DNA from: an uncultured Gemmatimonadaceae bacterium
GTDB taxonomy: Bacteria > Gemmatimonadota > Gemmatimonadetes > Gemmatimonadales > Gemmatimonadaceae
DNA length: 64,000 nucleotides
Assembly: GCA_963790305.1 (NCBI GenBank)
Contig: CAWBOC010000010.1
Coordinates: forward strand, 384,001-448,000
Reading direction: 5' to 3'
In this document: positions 60,171 to 64,000 of the stretch, in pieces
Layout of the letters: each line of letters starts with the position of its first letter
How positions within the stretch are numbered: position 1 is the first letter of the stretch
The notes under the pieces: model-generated
What the model was told of the DNA's origin: nothing
Databases searched by the model: none
What the model saw: the letters and a program-made list of their open reading frames with translations, nothing else
Made by a program: the position numbers and the translations under genes

Positions 60171-63100
60171 ACGACGCGAGTATTGTACTCCCTCAAATAG
60201 CGCTGGCGCTCCGCGTCAGTCGGATACGCATCACCCGGCGCGTACGGGTATGCCCGCGCACCATGGAACGGGAGCGGGTGCACCGTGGTGCCGAACGCCG
60301 TGTTCAGATCGGAGTCCTTGATCCAGCCGTCGGTGTACAGCAGAAAGTCGCGCTTCCAGCCCGGCGGCAGCGAGGCAGCTGAGCTCGCATCGAACTGAAT
60401 GGTCACTTCGTCGCCCGGCCCCATGATCGCGTACATGTCATCGCCGGCGCGCAGGAGCGGCAGCACGTCCCCAAAGCGGGTGAACGCACCTTCGATTGGG
60501 CGCCAGGGCGACTCCTTCGACAGGTCGTCGTAGTCGAACCAGTACGGCCCATAGCGGCCGCCCTTGCGATACATGCGCGAGAACCCGCGGACGTGCAGAT
60601 CGGCGGACGTCGGCGCGAGCGTCGTGATCTTCGCCGGACCATTCGTGAGGTCGCGAGCGACGAACGCCTGGTCCCAGTAGATCTGCATGTTCGTGCGGAT
60701 GCGTACGTGGCGATCCGAGGTCGGAAATTTCCCCGCCAGATCGATGACGATCGTCTTGTCCTTGCCGGACGGAAATCCAATGTCGGCCACGCTGCGCCAC
60801 GTGCCGTTCGCGTCCCGCACCTCGAGCGATGGAGGCGCGAGCGCGATCGTCCATTGCTGTGACAGCGCGACGTTAATGCTGGCATCGGTCGGATAGATCC
60901 ATCCGCGCAGGAAGAGATACGTGTCGGGACGGCCGGCGTCCGGCCCCAGGTCGAGGATGACATGGTGCGGCTCGACCGCTCCCTGGTATTGCATCGGCGT
61001 GAGGTTCGACACGAACACATCGTCGGCTTCGCGCAGCGCCGCCAGCACATCGTTTCCCCCCTCGTCCACCGCCGAACGCGGCGCCGTGCGGCGCGCGATC
61101 TGGAAGAGGCGGAGCGAGACCGGTCCGGGAGGGACGAAGCGCTCGTCCACGAACACGTCCACCGAATCCGGACGGTCGACGGCGACGAGCTTCACCTCAT
61201 CGGCGTAGGCGGTTTCCCACAGCTCCTCGGTGAGCTGAATGACGTAGCGTCCGTCACGCGGCTGGAGGGCATCGCCGGAGATTCGCACGTACTCCTGCGA
61301 GGCGCCGGCGGGAGCGAACGCGCTCGTGCTCCCCATGAGGCCGAGGGGCATTCCCAACGCGCTGCGCCACATGGCATCGGTGACGAAGCGGAAGCGTTTG
61401 CCATCCCACGTGTACACGAAGGCGCACGATCCCTTGAGTAGCTCTTGCTCGACCACATCCTGGTCCGTTCCGGGGAGGTAGACCGTCTGCGGGACGCCGT
61501 TAGGCCATTCCACGCGGAGCACGTCGGCCTTGAGGTGAGGGCCCAGGCCAAAATGCGTCACGCGACCGGTCGCAATGCGTGTCTGATAGATCTCTCCAGC
61601 TCGCAGCTCGAGTCTCGCGCCAGTGCCGAACGTGTTGTTCTTACCGCTCCCAGTACGGAGACCCTTGAGCTCGACGTTCACGGCGAGGTTGCTGTTGCCG
61701 AGGTCGTTGCGAAGGAGTCGGGGGGCCCCGCTTCCGTCGATCAGGACGAGGTCTTCGTCACCATCGTCGTCGACCTCGGACACCGCCAGCGCCAGAACCC
61801 CCGCGGCGCGCACGTGCTCGGGTACGATGCTCGATCTATCGAGCAGCCTGCCGGTGCCGTCGTTGCGAAGGAAGTGCACGGTGGACGAGCTCGCCGCGGT
61901 TCTCGCGGCACCCGCGACGATGAGATCGAGCCAGCCGTCGTTGTCGTGATCGATGAACGTCGCCGCTGATCCCGATGTTGAACGGAGCGGCTGCAGTGCA
62001 CCACTCGAGCGGCGATCACGGGTGAACGTGCCGTCTCCCTCGTTGAGCCAGAGCGCAGGCTCCGTCCCATTCACCGTCGCTACGAAGAGGTCGAGGAAGC
62101 CGTCGTTGTTGTAGTCTCCCACCGCTGTTGCACCAGAGCCCCCATTGCTCCCCAATCCGCTCGCCGCCGTCACGTCGCTGAAGCGCTGGGCGCCCCCGTT
62201 ACGCAGCAGTGCATCGCTGCCGCGCTCACTGGTGATGAACAGGTCGACTCGGCCATCGCCGTCGAAGTCGGCGTACACGGCGTCGCGCGCACCACCGCCG
62301 CCAAGACCGAAGCTGGCTGTCGCCTCGGTGAAGGTTCCGTCGAGATTATTGCGGTAGACGGTGCGCGTCGTGTCGCTCGCGAGAAAAAGGTCGAGATCGC
62401 CATCGTGATCGAGATCGACGAACAGCGATCTATGCGATCCTCGAACGTCAGCGACTCGCGCTTGCGTCGTCACATCCGCGAACGTGCCATCGCCGCGGTT
62501 GCGGAGCAGGCGTCCGCCGCCGTCACCGCCAATGACGAAGAGATCCAGCCAACCATCGTTGTCGTAGTCCGCGAACGCGGCGTGCTCGCCGCCCTGCGGC
62601 AATAGGATGTTCGATCCTTCGGTGACGTCGCGAACGAATCCGCCCTGCACGCGATAGAGGCGGCCCGAGAGAAAGAGCTCGTCCGTTCCATCCCCATCGA
62701 CATCGCCGGCGGCGAGCGCCGTGTTGCGGGGATTTGGAGCGGAGCGTACGAAGCCGGCTTCGTCACTGGCGTCGGTGAACTTCGCCAGGCCGACCGCCGC
62801 TTGCTCGCGCACTCCATGAACGGTGACAAAGGACTTGGGGGCGAAGGAGAGGATGACCCGGCCGGGAATAGGACCCTCGATCAACCTCACGCCGTCCAGC
62901 GACGCCTGATAGGGCGCCGTCCCCTCCATTAACCGGAAGAAGCGATCGAGCGTTGCCCGCGATTCCGTAGTGTCCCTCGCGCGGAGCAGTTGAATCGATC
63001 GCTCGAGAGCCGATCGCGCCTGCGGTGGAAGCGCGGGAGGCACCCGTCGGACTTCCTCGAGATGCCTGACAGCGCTATCAGCTTCGCCGGTCCTGGCAAA

Positions 63101-63643
63101 TGCCTCGATGAGCTTGAGCCGAACGGCGAGATTCCCAGGCTCGATCGCGAGCACCTCCGTGAGCCGACCGCGATATCGGCGGGCAGAGGCACTATCCGCC
63201 TGCTGCGCTTCCAGCTCAGCGAGCGCGTACAGCACGCGCGCATGCGCGGTCGTGTCCCGCTGCAGCTGCTCGAGCTCGGCGCGAGCCTCGCCGGGCCTTC
63301 GCGTCAGGGAGTAGAGCCGCGCGAGTGCCAGACGCACCTCGACATTTCCGGGATCGAGGTCGCGCGCCCTCCGCAGCTGCTCTTCCGCGTCCTCGTATCG
63401 AGCGGCCTGCAGGTAGGTGAGTCCGAGGTCGGCGTAGCCGAGCGGATCGTCGGGGGCAAGATCGGTGAGCTTCTTGAACTGGGCCTCAGCCTCCGGCAAC
63501 TGGTTTCGCTGGAGATAGCTGAGGCCGAGCATGCGGGTGGTGTAGAGCTCCTCCACCGGCGCCCGCTCCGGTCGGCACCCGAGCCCGGTGGCCAGCGCCA
63601 TGCCGAGAATGACAGAGTACCATCGCCAGGGCGTCCGGATCAT
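60161..63643 (-). CDS. TPR + FG-GAP + ASPIC/UnbV + C-terminal domain lipoprotein
   Basis: Lipobox GLGC, N-terminal TPRs, DxDxDG repeats, HFGLG..VEWPNG, KGSCAFVYTWDG, TEELWE, GWIKDSD. Confidence 0.88.
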   Translation of the reverse strand: MIRTPWRWYSVILGMALATGLGCRPERAPVEELYTTRMLGLSYLQRNQLPEAEAQFKKLTDLAPDDPLGYADLGLTYLQAARYEDAEEQLRRARDLDPGNVEVRLALARLYSLTRRPGEARAELEQLQRDTTAHARVLYALAELEAQQADSASARRYRGRLTEVLAIEPGNLAVRLKLIEAFARTGEADSAVRHLEEVRRVPPALPPQARSALERSIQLLRARDTTESRATLDRFFRLMEGTAPYQASLDGVRLIEGPIPGRVILSFAPKSFVTVHGVREQAAVGLAKFTDASDEAGFVRSAPNPRNTALAAGDVDGDGTDELFLSGRLYRVQGGFVRDVTEGSNILLPQGGEHAAFADYDNDGWLDLFVIGGDGGGRLLRNRGDGTFADVTTQARVADVRGSHRSLFVDLDHDGDLDLFLASDTTRTVYRNNLDGTFTEATASFGLGGGGARDAVYADFDGDGRVDLFITSERGSDALLRNGGAQRFSDVTAASGLGSNGGSGATAVGDYNNDGFLDLFVATVNGTEPALWLNEGDGTFTRDRRSSGALQPLRSTSGSAATFIDHDNDGWLDLIVAGAARTAASSSTVHFLRNDGTGRLLDRSSIVPEHVRAAGVLALAVSEVDDDGDEDLVLIDGSGAPRLLRNDLGNSNLAVNVELKGLRTGSGKNNTFGTGARLELRAGEIYQTRIATGRVTHFGLGPHLKADVLRVEWPNGVPQTVYLPGTDQDVVEQELLKGSCAFVYTWDGKRFRFVTDAMWRSALGMPLGLMGSTSAFAPAGASQEYVRISGDALQPRDGRYVIQLTEELWETAYADEVKLVAVDRPDSVDVFVDERFVPPGPVSLRLFQIARRTAPRSAVDEGGNDVLAALREADDVFVSNLTPMQYQGAVEPHHVILDLGPDAGRPDTYLFLRGWIYPTDASINVALSQQWTIALAPPSLEVRDANGTWRSVADIGFPSGKDKTIVIDLAGKFPTSDRHVRIRTNMQIYWDQAFVARDLTNGPAKITTLAPTSADLHVRGFSRMYRKGGRYGPYWFDYDDLSKESPWRPIEGAFTRFGDVLPLLRAGDDMYAIMGPGDEVTIQFDASSAASLPPGWKRDFLLYTDGWIKDSDLNTAFGTTVHPLPFHGARAYPYAPGDAYPTDAERQRYLREYNTRVVRR

Positions 63644-63774
63644 GCGCTCATTTACGCGACAGAAACCCATAGGGCAAGGAGCAGCGCTGCACACCAGTAA
63701 AAGCCAAACCGCTGAGAATCCGTGCGGACGACAGCAACGGCAAAGCCGTTTGTTTTTTGCTTTTTGAAGGGAGG

Positions 63775-64000
63775 TTAAGGAACGCGCCTCGCGGCGGCGA
63801 TCTCGTTGACGGCGTCCCACTGAAAGCGAACGAAGCGGTGCAGCTCCGCTTCGAGAATGCGCTCCTGGTCGCTGTGCGCGGCGAAGCCCTTGGGGCCATC
63901 CTCAATGTCCGTCGCGGGCCCGATGCCGTAGCACTGCATCCCTTTCGCGCGCAGGTACGCCATGTCGGTGGCGCCGGTGCTCATCGTCGGCAGCGTCACG
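63775..64000 (-). CDS. M20/M25/M40 metallopeptidase, C-terminal part
   Basis: MSTGATDMAYLRAKGMQCYGIG...AHSDQERI. Confidence 0.8.
   Translation of the reverse strand, partial: VTLPTMSTGATDMAYLRAKGMQCYGIGPATDIEDGPKGFAAHSDQERILEAELHRFVRFQWDAVNEIAAARRVP

Noticed and set aside
63700..63750. c-di-GMP-I riboswitch (GCCAAACC...GCAAAGCC resemblance)
   Set aside because: The GNRA loop and P3 stem are not recognisable, and it is antisense to both neighbouring genes.

Overview
High-GC bacterial chromosomal segment, about two-thirds GC by eye. The gene repertoire and SusC/SusD pair at this GC suggest Gemmatimonadota, which is inference only. No rRNA, tRNA, CRISPR array, phage or transposase was found. 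The left ~40 kb is a mosaic of hydrolases, peptidases, an ECF transporter, an RNB nuclease, GNATs, lipoproteins, a TonB receptor and two domain-permuted multicopper oxidases. The right ~22 kb is a glycan-utilisation-like locus (plug lipoprotein, ChbG-type deacetylase, SusC/SusD, GH20, GH16) interleaved with four FG-GAP/ASPIC-UnbV proteins and a UnbU/RnfD-like membrane protein. Signals missed by the ORF track: (1) an AhpD/CMD gene whose second active-site Cys is an in-frame TGA followed by a SECIS-like hairpin (CxxU selenoprotein); (2) a SAM-II riboswitch plus terminator ahead of an ATP-grasp/LLM-monooxygenase pair; (3) an over-represented, non-palindromic octamer GCCTAACG, 20 copies counted by eye, 10 per strand; (4) several unrelated families of 7- or 9-nt tandem-microrepeat palindromes at gene ends; (5) twin TTACC-N18-GGTAA boxes beside a CGNR regulator; (6) a 46-aa basic zinc-finger small ORF. 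About a dozen frameshifts in otherwise intact genes look like long-read indel errors.
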